From Bacillota bacterium (GTDB lineage: Bacteria > Bacillota > Sulfobacillia > JACIYH01): 64,000 nt of DNA. Every line of letters starts with the position of its first letter. Position 1 is the stretch's first letter. Position numbers and translations under genes: made by a program. Positions 38,613 to 46,961 of this stretch are shown here, in pieces. The DNA lies in assembly GCA_030019365.1 (NCBI GenBank), contig JASEFA010000001.1, positions 334,953-398,952 of the forward strand. Reading direction: 5' to 3'. The notes beneath the pieces are model-generated. The model had not been told where the DNA came from. It ran no database searches and saw nothing but the letters and a program-made list of their open reading frames with translations.

Positions 38613-39313
38613 AGCCGCAACACCGCCTCCACTGTGTCTTCTATGCCCAGCCCGGTGGTATCGATCACCACTGCGTCCTCCACCACCGTCAGAGGAGCCA
38701 ATCCCCGCCGGGTGTCGGCCTCGTCCCGGGATGCCAGGTTTTCCCGGACCTCCTCCAGGGACACCGCGTACCCCAGCTCCCTGAGCTCCTGCCACCTCCG
38801 CCTCGCCCGCTCCCCGAGGGAAGCCGTAAGGAAAACCTTTGGATCGGCATCGGGAACAACGCAGCTGCCTGTGTCGCGACCCTCCAGGACCGCTCCTCCA
38901 GCCCTGGCCAGATCCCGCATGCGCCGGGTGAGGATATCCCGCACCGCGCGCGATCGTGCCACCCGGCTGACGGCCGCGGAGACCGCAGGCCCGCGAATGA
39001 CGGAGGCGACGTCTTCCCCGTCCAGGAGTACGTGGCCTGTGCCGGGTTGCACAGAAATGCACGAGCCGGCGGCCAGCTGTGCCAGGGCACCCTCGTCGTC
39101 CAGGTCCACTCCTGCGCGCAAAGCCTTCAAGGTGAGGGCCCGGTACATTCCCCCGGTATCGATGTAGACCAATCCCAGCCTGGCCGCTACCCGCTGCGCC
39201 ACCGTGCTCTTTCCCGCCCCCGCCGGCCCATCGATGGCAACAATCCGCACCCGGCGGCTTGTTTTGCCTTCCCTTTCGACAATGAACTGCTCTTTCCCTT
39301 TTTCGCTCTTCAT
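38597..39313 (-). CDS. cmk: cytidylate kinase
   Basis: 'IAIDGPAGAGKSTVA' P-loop and the Cmk body. ATG at 39313 chosen, but start is uncertain. Confidence 0.85.
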   Translation of the reverse strand: MKSEKGKEQFIVEREGKTSRRVRIVAIDGPAGAGKSTVAQRVAARLGLVYIDTGGMYRALTLKALRAGVDLDDEGALAQLAAGSCISVQPGTGHVLLDGEDVASVIRGPAVSAAVSRVARSRAVRDILTRRMRDLARAGGAVLEGRDTGSCVVPDADPKVFLTASLGERARRRWQELRELGYAVSLEEVRENLASRDEADTRRGLAPLTVVEDAVVIDTTGLGIEDTVEAVLRLCQDG

Positions 39314-39348
39314 ACAGCCCCGCCCGCCAGCCACCCTTTTCCCCGCCC

Positions 39349-40305
39349 TCACCCGGCCAGGCGCAGACCCGCGCGCCGCGCTGTTTCGAGGCCCGCCACG
39401 TACTCCTTCGTCGTGACCGGCCGGGCCAACTCTTCCGTTTCCCGGGCCCGATAGCACGGCCGGTACTGTCCCATGATATTCACGTAGGTGCGGGGCGAAA
39501 TGTCTTCCGCCAGGAAGCGGACCACCTCCTCGGTCCCCGCCAGGCCGCGGGGCAGGATCAGGTGGCGGACGATGAGTCCTCTCCTGGCCAACCCCTGGTC
39601 CATCACCAGGTCGCCCACCTGGCGGTGCATCTCCCGCACGGCCTCCCGGTTACGCTCGGGATAGTCGGATACGCCCGACAACCGCCTGCCCACTTCCGCA
39701 TCAGAGTATTTCATATCGGGCATGTAGATGTCCACTATGCCGTCGAGGAGACGTAAGGTGGAGACAGCATCGTATCCCCCGGTATTGTACACCAGCGGCA
39801 GGGCAAGGCCCTGTTCAGCCGCTATGGCTAGGGCGGAAAGGATCTGGGGCACCACGTGACTGGGGCTGACCAGGTTGACGTTATGGCACCCCCGCTGCTG
39901 GAGGGTGAGCATCATCTGTGCCAGCTCCAGGTCGCCTACTTCGCGACCCTCTCCCTCCTGGCTGATCTGGTAGTTTTGACAGTAGATGCAGCGCAGGTTG
40001 CACCACGCGAAGAATATCGTGCCAGACCCCCGCCATCCCGTGAGAGGAGGTTCCTCCCCGAAGTGTGGTCCATAGCTGGACACCACGGCCCGCCCTGCCG
40101 TCCGGCACACCCCTGCCTCCCCATGCCGTCGCCGGACCCCGCACTCCCGCGGGCAGAGACGGCAGGGGTCGGCCAGTTCCCAGGCTGCCTCGGCCCGCGC
40201 CCTTATCAACCCCGGACCGTGCCGCCTGTACGCCGGGCCACTTGCCGGCAAGACACCACCCCCCACACCGTAGAGTGCGCAGCTCACCCTGTCCGGTAGC
40301 CACAC
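39349..40305 (-). CDS. radical SAM protein, PflX/pyruvate-formate-lyase-activase-like
   Basis: 'CNLRCIYCQN' radical-SAM cluster plus 'CRLCPRECGV' N-terminal Cys motif typical of the PflX family. Confidence 0.75.
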   Translation of the reverse strand: MWLPDRVSCALYGVGGGVLPASGPAYRRHGPGLIRARAEAAWELADPCRLCPRECGVRRRHGEAGVCRTAGRAVVSSYGPHFGEEPPLTGWRGSGTIFFAWCNLRCIYCQNYQISQEGEGREVGDLELAQMMLTLQQRGCHNVNLVSPSHVVPQILSALAIAAEQGLALPLVYNTGGYDAVSTLRLLDGIVDIYMPDMKYSDAEVGRRLSGVSDYPERNREAVREMHRQVGDLVMDQGLARRGLIVRHLILPRGLAGTEEVVRFLAEDISPRTYVNIMGQYRPCYRARETEELARPVTTKEYVAGLETARRAGLRLAG

Positions 40306-40318
40306 TCAAACCGGCGGG

Positions 40319-40591
40319 CTAGTGTCCTTTGAGACCCAGAACCAGGCCCAGGAGCAACCCCAGGAGGAACGTCCCGGCGGTGACGGCCAGGAACAGGCCG
40401 GGCCGGGCAAAGGGATTCCACTGCCGCCCCCGCGGCCGCCGGGGCGCACGGGATGAAGGCGGTCGCCGGGGCATGCGGGACGACGCCGCCGGCCGGGTCC
40501 GGTCGCGAGTCGCGTCGGGCCGGCGGGCGCCGCGGGCCCGCGGGGGTGCCGGGAATACCCGGGTAGGTTCGGCCCCGTCCCTGCCTTTCAC
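40319..40591 (-). CDS. possible small tail-anchored membrane protein
   Basis: Arg/Pro-rich N-terminus then a single C-terminal TM helix ('LFLAVTAGTFLLGLLLGLVLGL'). Could be a spurious ORF. Confidence 0.3.
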   Translation of the reverse strand: MKGRDGAEPTRVFPAPPRARGARRPDATRDRTRPAASSRMPRRPPSSRAPRRPRGRQWNPFARPGLFLAVTAGTFLLGLLLGLVLGLKGH

Positions 40592-41607
40592 AGAATCTTC
40601 TGCAGCCGGGTGCCGGGGGTGATGCCCGGGATGCGACCCCGCTTGGCTATCGGCTGCCCGGCAACCTCCTTCAGGTCCAGGGTCATGTCGATGGGTCTGG
40701 TCCCGGAGATGTAGCTGCCCACCCCGAAGGCATCCGCCCCTGCCTCGGCCAGCAGGGCGATGCGCGCCGGGTCAAGCCCGCCCGAGACGAAGATCTTCAC
40801 ATGGGAGAATCCGGCCTGGTCCAGTCGCTGCCTGACCTCCCGCACCAGGTCCGGTGTCACCCCGCCCCGTTCCGCCGGAGTATCCAGCCTGACGCCATTC
40901 AGGGCAGGACCGAGAGCCTGTGCCACCCGCAGGGCCTCCTCGGCCTCGTCCTTGAAGGTGTCCACCAGGATGATGCGGGGCGCGTCGGCAGGCATGTAGC
41001 GGTCGTAAGCCCGGGCCACCTCCACCGTGTCGCCCGCGATCAGGATGGCCGCGTGGGGTATGGTACCGGAAGGGAGTCTCCCGGCCAGCCGGGCGGCCAT
41101 GATGCAGCTGGCTCCGCCGGCACCGCCCACCAGCGCTGCCCGCTCCATCACCGGTGCCACCGCGGGATGGACGTGCCGGGCCCCGAAACAGATCACCAGC
41201 CTGTCCCCGGCCGCCTTCCGGCACTCGCGGGCGGCTGTGGCCCAGGCGCAGCTGGATGCCAGAATGCCCAGCAGGGCGGTTTCCAGCAATCCGAACTCCA
41301 CGTATGGACCGGCGATGCGCATCACCACTTCCTTCCCGCCGAACTCCTCTCCCTCGGGTAGAGCCCAGACTCCCACCTTGCGGCCGGCCAGGAGTTGCTG
41401 GCATTCCGGAACCCCGGCCATTACCCCGGCCCGGCTGGTGAAAATCTCGGCCACTACCGGGGTGTCGAGCCTGCCCAGGCGCTCCAGGATCTCGTACGTC
41501 CGCAGGAAGTAGATGTCGGTGGTGGCCCCTCTGGCCACTTCGTCGGGGGTGGCCGAATACAGAAGGCGGGGCCCAGGATCATAATTTGGCACTTCGGATA
41601 GGCGCAT
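40588..41607 (-). CDS. pncB: nicotinate phosphoribosyltransferase (archaeal/Clostridial short type)
   Basis: 339 aa from the ATG at 41607, which is 12 nt after the pncA stop. 'DTFKDE' and phosphoribosyltransferase-barrel motifs. Confidence 0.75.
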   Translation of the reverse strand: MRLSEVPNYDPGPRLLYSATPDEVARGATTDIYFLRTYEILERLGRLDTPVVAEIFTSRAGVMAGVPECQQLLAGRKVGVWALPEGEEFGGKEVVMRIAGPYVEFGLLETALLGILASSCAWATAARECRKAAGDRLVICFGARHVHPAVAPVMERAALVGGAGGASCIMAARLAGRLPSGTIPHAAILIAGDTVEVARAYDRYMPADAPRIILVDTFKDEAEEALRVAQALGPALNGVRLDTPAERGGVTPDLVREVRQRLDQAGFSHVKIFVSGGLDPARIALLAEAGADAFGVGSYISGTRPIDMTLDLKEVAGQPIAKRGRIPGITPGTRLQKIL

Positions 41608-41618
41608 GAATGGCGGTC

Positions 41619-42140
41619 TCACAGCACGCGCACCCCCAGCACTTTCTCCATCTGCCCCAAAGCCCATCGGTGGGCTTCGGGATCGAAAGAAGCCACCTTG
41701 TCCGCAGGCACCTCTACCCGGTAACCCCGCATGCGCGCATCGGCGGCCGTGTAAAGCACGCAGATGTTGGTGCATACCCCGACCAGGCGTAGCCGGTCGA
41801 CCTCGAGCTCGCGCAGGCTGAGATCGAGGTCGGTGCCGAAGAACCCGCTGAAACGCCGCTTGGCTGTGATCCGATCATCCGGACGTGGCGCAAGGGCCGC
41901 AACCACCTCGGCTCCCGGGGTGCCCTCGACGCAGTGGGGCGGAAACATGGCGAACTCGGGATCATCGGGCCGGTGGCGATCGCACACGTAGATCACGGGA
42001 GCTCCTTCCCGGCGTGCCTGCTGGATTTCTGCTGCCACAGGCTCGACCAGGGCGGATGCGGCCGGACCGCAGTACAGGCTGCCTTCCTCCGCCACAAAGT
42101 CCCGCAACATGTCGATTACCACCAGGGCTCGCCTCTCCAT
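41619..42140 (-). CDS. pncA: isochorismatase-family cysteine hydrolase (nicotinamidase-like)
   Basis: 'LVVIDMLRDF', the catalytic Cys 'VGVCTNICV' and a conserved Lys. It lies directly upstream of the NAPRTase. Confidence 0.8.
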   Translation of the reverse strand: MERRALVVIDMLRDFVAEEGSLYCGPAASALVEPVAAEIQQARREGAPVIYVCDRHRPDDPEFAMFPPHCVEGTPGAEVVAALAPRPDDRITAKRRFSGFFGTDLDLSLRELEVDRLRLVGVCTNICVLYTAADARMRGYRVEVPADKVASFDPEAHRWALGQMEKVLGVRVL

Positions 42141-42144
42141 CCGC

Positions 42145-42909
42145 TCACCCCCCGCGCCTTGATATTCGCCTCTGCACAGGGCTTTCCTCCCGCGCCACCG
42201 CCCGGCGCAGGGCGGCCACTTCCCGCTCGGACAGGAACCGGAAGCGTCCCGGGGGGAGACGCCCGAGGCGGAGCGGCCCCATGCCGATGCGCACCAGGCG
42301 CAGGACGGGGTGCCCGACCGCTTCCGTCATCAGCTTGACCTGGTGGTATCTGCCCTCCCGGACGGTGATCTCCAGCCAGGCATCCCCCACCTCTTTGCCT
42401 GCCACGCGCACATCGGCCGGGGCTGTGCGCCTGCCCGCCACCTGGACGCCCCGGCGCAGCCGCACAAGCGCCCTGGGCGAGGGCATCCCCCGTACCAGGG
42501 CGCGGTACGTGCGGGCCACCCCGAAGCGGGGATGAGTGAGACGGAATGCCAGGGCCCCATCGTTGGTGAGCAGGAGCAACCCGGAGGTGTCCCAGTCCAG
42601 CCTGCCCACCGGATACACCCGGGTATCGCAGGGCACCAGGTCCAGCACCGTGGGCCTTCCCAGGGGGTCCTGCACCGTGCTCACGTACCCGGGTGGCTTG
42701 TGCAACAGGATGTAAACATGCTCCTGGGGGTGCACCTGGTGGCCGTCCACCGTCACCCGATCCCCGGCGGCGTCCACCGTGGTGGCCGGGTCGGTGGTCA
42801 CCCGGCCGTTAACCTCCACCCTCCCCGCCCGGATCAGTTCCTCGCACCTGCGCCGCGCCCCCAGGCCGCAACGGGCCAGGTAGCGGTTCAGCCTTTCCCT
42901 GGGTCCCAA
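42145..42909 (-). CDS. RsuA/RluB-family pseudouridine synthase
   Basis: S4 domain ('RLNRYLARCGLGARRR') and catalytic 'GRLDWDTSGLLLLTNDG'. TTG start with a GGAGGAGGG SD 5 nt upstream. Confidence 0.85.
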   Translation of the reverse strand: MGPRERLNRYLARCGLGARRRCEELIRAGRVEVNGRVTTDPATTVDAAGDRVTVDGHQVHPQEHVYILLHKPPGYVSTVQDPLGRPTVLDLVPCDTRVYPVGRLDWDTSGLLLLTNDGALAFRLTHPRFGVARTYRALVRGMPSPRALVRLRRGVQVAGRRTAPADVRVAGKEVGDAWLEITVREGRYHQVKLMTEAVGHPVLRLVRIGMGPLRLGRLPPGRFRFLSEREVAALRRAVAREESPVQRRISRRGG

Positions 42910-43924
42910 ACAAGCCCTCCTCCACCGCCCGCCACAGCTCTGCGGCACCATCGTGACGGACATCCACTGCCGGCACGCGCCCGCCGGCAGCGGCCGCCAC
43001 GCGGGACCGGAGATCGTGCGCATCTACGAAAGCCGCCGCGAAACGGCCCGGCCCGAGCGGCTGCGGGTAATAGGGGCTGACCGTCACCGCCAGTATAGCA
43101 GGGCCGCTCCCCACTGCCAAACCCACACCCAGGCTCCCCAGATGTCCCAGCACCGTCATAACCTGCGGGGGCGAGCCTGCGAGGAGGAGCTGTACGGGGT
43201 GGGCGAACACAATCCTCCCCCCGTGTGGCCGGGCGTCAGCGAGCAGGCCGGCCAGACTGGCCAGGGCCGGCAGGGTTACCACCCCGGGAACCAGGATTTG
43301 TTCGCCTGCGCTCAGGTACCGGACCGCCTGGCGGCAGTCTGATTCCGATTGCAGGTGATGCAGCCAGCGCCCCCGCAATGGGCTGCGGGGCAGGGAAAAC
43401 ACTTGGACAATGGCCCCGGTCTCCCGGGCCAGAACGTCCGGGTCGCGGGAGCGGGCCGCCCCCGTGGATATCACCACGCCGCTCGCCCCTGCCAGGGGCG
43501 AGAGCCGACCGAAGGCTCCGTCCACCAGCACCAGATCCGGACCCGCAGCGGCAAGGAGACGGCACAGGCGGCGCAGGCCGCGCCGGTATGCCGGCCCCGC
43601 CAGGATGACCCGCCCGGGAGAAGTCACCTGGGCCAGCACCAGCGGGCCCAGCGCCGTGGCGGTCCCGCAGTCGGCCAGGAGCTCCCATCCCAGAGGGGAT
43701 TTCTCCAGGCAGGGGCGGGCGCTCGCCACCAGGTCTCCCGGGTGCACCTCGACCCGCGGCTTGGGAAGGCCGGTAAGGTTGTCCAGTTCTTCCCCGTCGT
43801 ACCCTATGCTGGTCAGGGCCACCCCGTACCCGCGTGCCCGCGCCTCGTGCAGGATGGCGGTGAGAGCGGTGGTCTTGCCCGCGTTCTTGGCGGTGCCCAC
43901 GCACCCCAGCACCGGCGGGCCCAT
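42809..43924 (-). CDS. P-loop NTPase (BioD/CobQ/Pta-N-like fold), function unknown
   Basis: N-terminal 'GCVGTAKNAGKTTALTAIL…GYGVALTSIGYDGE' resembles the dethiobiotin-synthase-like ATPase fold. Starts 1 nt after the aminomutase stop. Its 3' end overlaps rluB by ~100 nt. Confidence 0.5.
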   Translation of the reverse strand: MGPPVLGCVGTAKNAGKTTALTAILHEARARGYGVALTSIGYDGEELDNLTGLPKPRVEVHPGDLVASARPCLEKSPLGWELLADCGTATALGPLVLAQVTSPGRVILAGPAYRRGLRRLCRLLAAAGPDLVLVDGAFGRLSPLAGASGVVISTGAARSRDPDVLARETGAIVQVFSLPRSPLRGRWLHHLQSESDCRQAVRYLSAGEQILVPGVVTLPALASLAGLLADARPHGGRIVFAHPVQLLLAGSPPQVMTVLGHLGSLGVGLAVGSGPAILAVTVSPYYPQPLGPGRFAAAFVDAHDLRSRVAAAAGGRVPAVDVRHDGAAELWRAVEEGLFGTQGKAEPLPGPLRPGGAAQVRGTDPGGEGGG

Positions 43925-45757
43925 CTACGCCGACCCCACCCGGGACACACCGCTGCCGCCGGACCGGGAGACGGTGCCCCTGCCCGCCCGGCCGGGATTG
44001 CCCCCCTCCTCGCGGCTGCCGAACACACCCGCGTAGAGGGCGTCGCAGAACGAAGGATGGTCGAGGGCCGTCTCCAGGGTGGCGGCCACGCCCCCCAGCA
44101 GCTCCTCGGCCAGGCGTTCTGCCCTGGCCGTCGGAGAGACGGCTGCCTCTCCCAGGAAGCGGAATGCCTCCCCCACCGCGCGCAGGGAATCCACCCGGGC
44201 CGCTGCGCTGATGGGGCCGCGGGAGTAGGCTTCGTCTGTGGAGGCGATGGTGATGGCATCCACGCCCAGGGAGGCGGCCAGGCCGGCATGGAGGGCCGTG
44301 GTCACCCCTGACTGCACCCGTTCCTCGGTGTGGGTGAGGAACCCGATGGGGGCTCCCGGCCACACCGGGGCGTCGATGATGCGCCGGAGGGCAATCACCT
44401 TGGCCGCATTCCAGTCCACGTAGTCGCGGTCCATGTACCCTTCCAGCATGGCCTCGGGAGAGTAGCAGAACAGGGGCTGCAGGATGGGCCGTGCCCCCAG
44501 TTCCAGGCCCGTCGCCACCACCACCAGCATGCCGGCGATGGCCTTGTGGGCCGGCACCCCGCCCAGCTCCTCGTTGGTCACCACGTCAAAGGGCAGGCCG
44601 TAGGAGGCAGCCAGACGCATAGCAGAAAGGGCATCCACCAGGAGCCGCTCCGGGTCCGTTCCCCCGCCCAGAGAACCGTATACGGGGTTGATCTTGGTCA
44701 GGTCGGCGCCGGTGATAGCAGCCCACACCACCGTCTCAGGGGTGTTCAGCCCGCGATGGGCGCGCACCTGCCAGAGCAGGTGGGTGCCGGCTGCCTGCCG
44801 GAAGAAGCGCAGGTTCTCAGGGGTATAGAAAGTGCCGTCCGCACTCCAGGAGAGCAAACCGCGGGGCAGCCCCTCATGGCGGGCACTCCAGGCGGGATCG
44901 AAATGGACGGTGCCCTGGGCGCCCCACCGGGTGGCCACCACCGCGTGCAGGGCGTCCATGATGGGGCACCCGGTACCGTACTGCACGAATACCACGGGAC
45001 GGCGGTCGGGGGTTCTAACCAGCGGATGCCACCCTCTGCCCCTCGCCAGGACTTCCAGGGCCCGCTCCCCTTCCTCGGGGCCGATAAGCCGGCAGTGAGA
45101 GGGCAGTTCCCCCTGCCTCATGGCCGCCACTTCCGGGCTGCAAAGCTGGAGGTATTCCTCCTCGAGATGCCTGAGATCGGAGCCGCCGGCCCGGGCCATG
45201 GCCTGCACCAGGGCAGCCCGCCGGGTTCCCGGGGTGGTGGCACCCTCACCCCAGGCGATGAACCCGCGGGCCAGCTCCCGGGCCAGATCCCCAATGGGCG
45301 CGTCCTTCCACCCGTAACCGTAGCCGGCACACAGGCCGGGTTTCTGGAGGGTCAGAGCCTCCTCTCCGGCCGTCAGGGGCGTCCCTTCCACAAAGGCGAC
45401 TGCCGCCTGCGGGGGTGTCCCCGGGCCGAACCCGGCATCGTACCCCATCTCGGCGGCCAGCTCCGGCCGCACGGCCATCCCACCCACGGCCACCCGCATG
45501 CGTGGCCTGAGACCGGCTCCGTCCAGGAGGTCGGCCAGCCGGGCCAGCAGCTCCGCCGCCTCGTATCCCACCGTGCGGCTGACCAGCAGGGCATCGGGGT
45601 GCTCGGCCAGAGCGGCCCGGGTCACCTCTTCCGGGGTGAGGTCAGGGGAGAGCAGGGTTACCCGGTGACCCTGCCCCTCGAGCTGTTTCTTGATGAGCTT
45701 GAGGCCCACGTCGTGCACGGGGTCCAGGGGCGCCAGCAGGACCCGCTTACCCGGCAT
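43925..45757 (-). CDS. cobalamin-dependent aminomutase E-like subunit with rearranged domain order
   Basis: Residues 1–125 form a B12-binding Rossmann domain with DxHxxG ('DPVHDVG'). Their C-terminus 'MGYDAGFGPGTPPQAAVAFV' closely matches the KamE/OraE C-terminal signature 'LGYDAGFGPGRFADDVATFAV'. The remaining ~485 aa matches KamD/OraE TIM-barrel size, but its family is not confirmed by eye. Confidence 0.6.
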   Translation of the reverse strand: MPGKRVLLAPLDPVHDVGLKLIKKQLEGQGHRVTLLSPDLTPEEVTRAALAEHPDALLVSRTVGYEAAELLARLADLLDGAGLRPRMRVAVGGMAVRPELAAEMGYDAGFGPGTPPQAAVAFVEGTPLTAGEEALTLQKPGLCAGYGYGWKDAPIGDLARELARGFIAWGEGATTPGTRRAALVQAMARAGGSDLRHLEEEYLQLCSPEVAAMRQGELPSHCRLIGPEEGERALEVLARGRGWHPLVRTPDRRPVVFVQYGTGCPIMDALHAVVATRWGAQGTVHFDPAWSARHEGLPRGLLSWSADGTFYTPENLRFFRQAAGTHLLWQVRAHRGLNTPETVVWAAITGADLTKINPVYGSLGGGTDPERLLVDALSAMRLAASYGLPFDVVTNEELGGVPAHKAIAGMLVVVATGLELGARPILQPLFCYSPEAMLEGYMDRDYVDWNAAKVIALRRIIDAPVWPGAPIGFLTHTEERVQSGVTTALHAGLAASLGVDAITIASTDEAYSRGPISAAARVDSLRAVGEAFRFLGEAAVSPTARAERLAEELLGGVAATLETALDHPSFCDALYAGVFGSREEGGNPGRAGRGTVSRSGGSGVSRVGSA

Positions 45758-45989
45758 GGGGCACCACCCTCTTCAGCCAGCCGTAGGTCCCGCCGGGCCG
45801 GTGTACGTAGGCACGCAGTCGCACCCTGGCCCCCAGGCCCCGGTACTGCAGCGAAATCACGTCGCACTCCGGGAGGCCCAGCTCCTCCATCAGAGCGCGC
45901 GCCAACCGGAGGCACTCTTCTTCGGTTTGCCCCAGCAAAAACGTTTCCACGTCGATGGCATCGGCCACCCGGTCCAGCGCCTCTCCCAT
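45747..45989 (-). CDS. small subunit resembling KamE N-terminal domain / OraS
   Basis: 80 aa. 'EEECLRLARALMEELGLPECDVISLQYRGLGARVRLRAYV' parallels KamE 'ERSAEAAKQIALKMGLEEPSVVMQQSLDEEFTFFVVYG'. Its TAA stop lies 11 nt inside the next gene's start (ATGCCGGGTAA) with a [10 protein letters not shown]. Confidence 0.5.
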   Translation of the reverse strand: MGEALDRVADAIDVETFLLGQTEEECLRLARALMEELGLPECDVISLQYRGLGARVRLRAYVHRPGGTYGWLKRVVPHAG

Positions 45990-46123
45990 TTGTCCGCCTC
46001 CACCTCATCACTGATGACCAGCCCCGCCTGTGGCTCCCTGGCACCGACTGAGTTGCGCCGCGCCAGCCGCAGGAGCCGCGGCCCCGGCTATGGTGGCCCC
46101 GGTCCGACTGCCGGCGGGTGGTG

Positions 46124-46858
46124 TCAGGTGTTCGGGCTGGCCCCGCTCGCCTGCTCCTCCCAGAACCTGAGCACGTCGCGGATGATGCTGTCGATGTGCC
46201 CGGCCATGGCCTGCTGGGCACCCTCCGGGTCGTGGGCCATCACCTTCTCCAGGATGGTGCGGTGGTCCGTGACCATGACGCTCCCCACCCGTCCCCGGAT
46301 GTACTCCAGGACGGGGGAAAGCTGGCCTTCTTCCCGCACCAGCTCGCTGGCCGCCAGAAGGACGCGGTTTCCCGCCGCCTGGGCGAGCAGGCGATGGAAA
46401 GAGGCATCTTCCTGCCAGCCCGTGAGCCGGGCGCTGACCTGGGTCTGGTGACGGTTCACCGCCCCCGCCATCTGCTCCAGCAGGGCGGGCGTCGCGCGCA
46501 GGGCGGCGAGCCGGGCCACCTCGCTCTCGATGGCCCGGCGGGCCTCCAGGATCTCCAGCAGTTGCTCGCGGTTGTGGGCGCGCAGGGCCTGCAGGAAGGC
46601 ATGCTGGTTCAGGGACGTCCGCCGTTCCCGCTGCAGGGCCTCCAGGCGGTCCTGCCCCCGGGGGGTGAGCACTCTCCCGCGGAAGCCCTGCCGTGCGGTG
46701 AACCCGCGCCGGTCCATCTCCCTGAGGATGCGGCCGGCGGTGGCCTCCGACAGCCTGATGCCCGCCTGCACCAGCCCGTCCCGCAGGCTCCAGGAGCCCA
46801 GGGGCTCGGGGGCCTCGGCCACGGCCTTCAAGGCCAGGTACTCAAGCTCCTGTTCCAC
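46124..46858 (-). CDS. FCD-domain transcriptional regulator (GntR/FadR-like C-terminal domain)
   Basis: C-terminal FCD-like helical bundle, with a winged-helix-like N-terminus 'SEATAGRILREMDRRGF'. Confidence 0.6.
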   Translation of the reverse strand: MEQELEYLALKAVAEAPEPLGSWSLRDGLVQAGIRLSEATAGRILREMDRRGFTARQGFRGRVLTPRGQDRLEALQRERRTSLNQHAFLQALRAHNREQLLEILEARRAIESEVARLAALRATPALLEQMAGAVNRHQTQVSARLTGWQEDASFHRLLAQAAGNRVLLAASELVREEGQLSPVLEYIRGRVGSVMVTDHRTILEKVMAHDPEGAQQAMAGHIDSIIRDVLRFWEEQASGASPNT

Positions 46859-46961
46859 TTTGCCCTCCCTCTCGTGCCACCTTGCCGTCTCATCTCCGTG
46901 TCAGCGATACCTGCCCGCGCCGCCGTCCTCCCCGGGCGCAGCGCGGGTGTTTAGCGGCGCC

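Noticed and set aside
45658-46221. 187-aa minus-strand ORF overlapping the OraS-like gene and the intergenic region before the FCD regulator
   Set aside because: Arg/Gly/Pro-rich, different frame, no motif. The 80-aa KamE-N-like ORF is supported by similarity and coupling.
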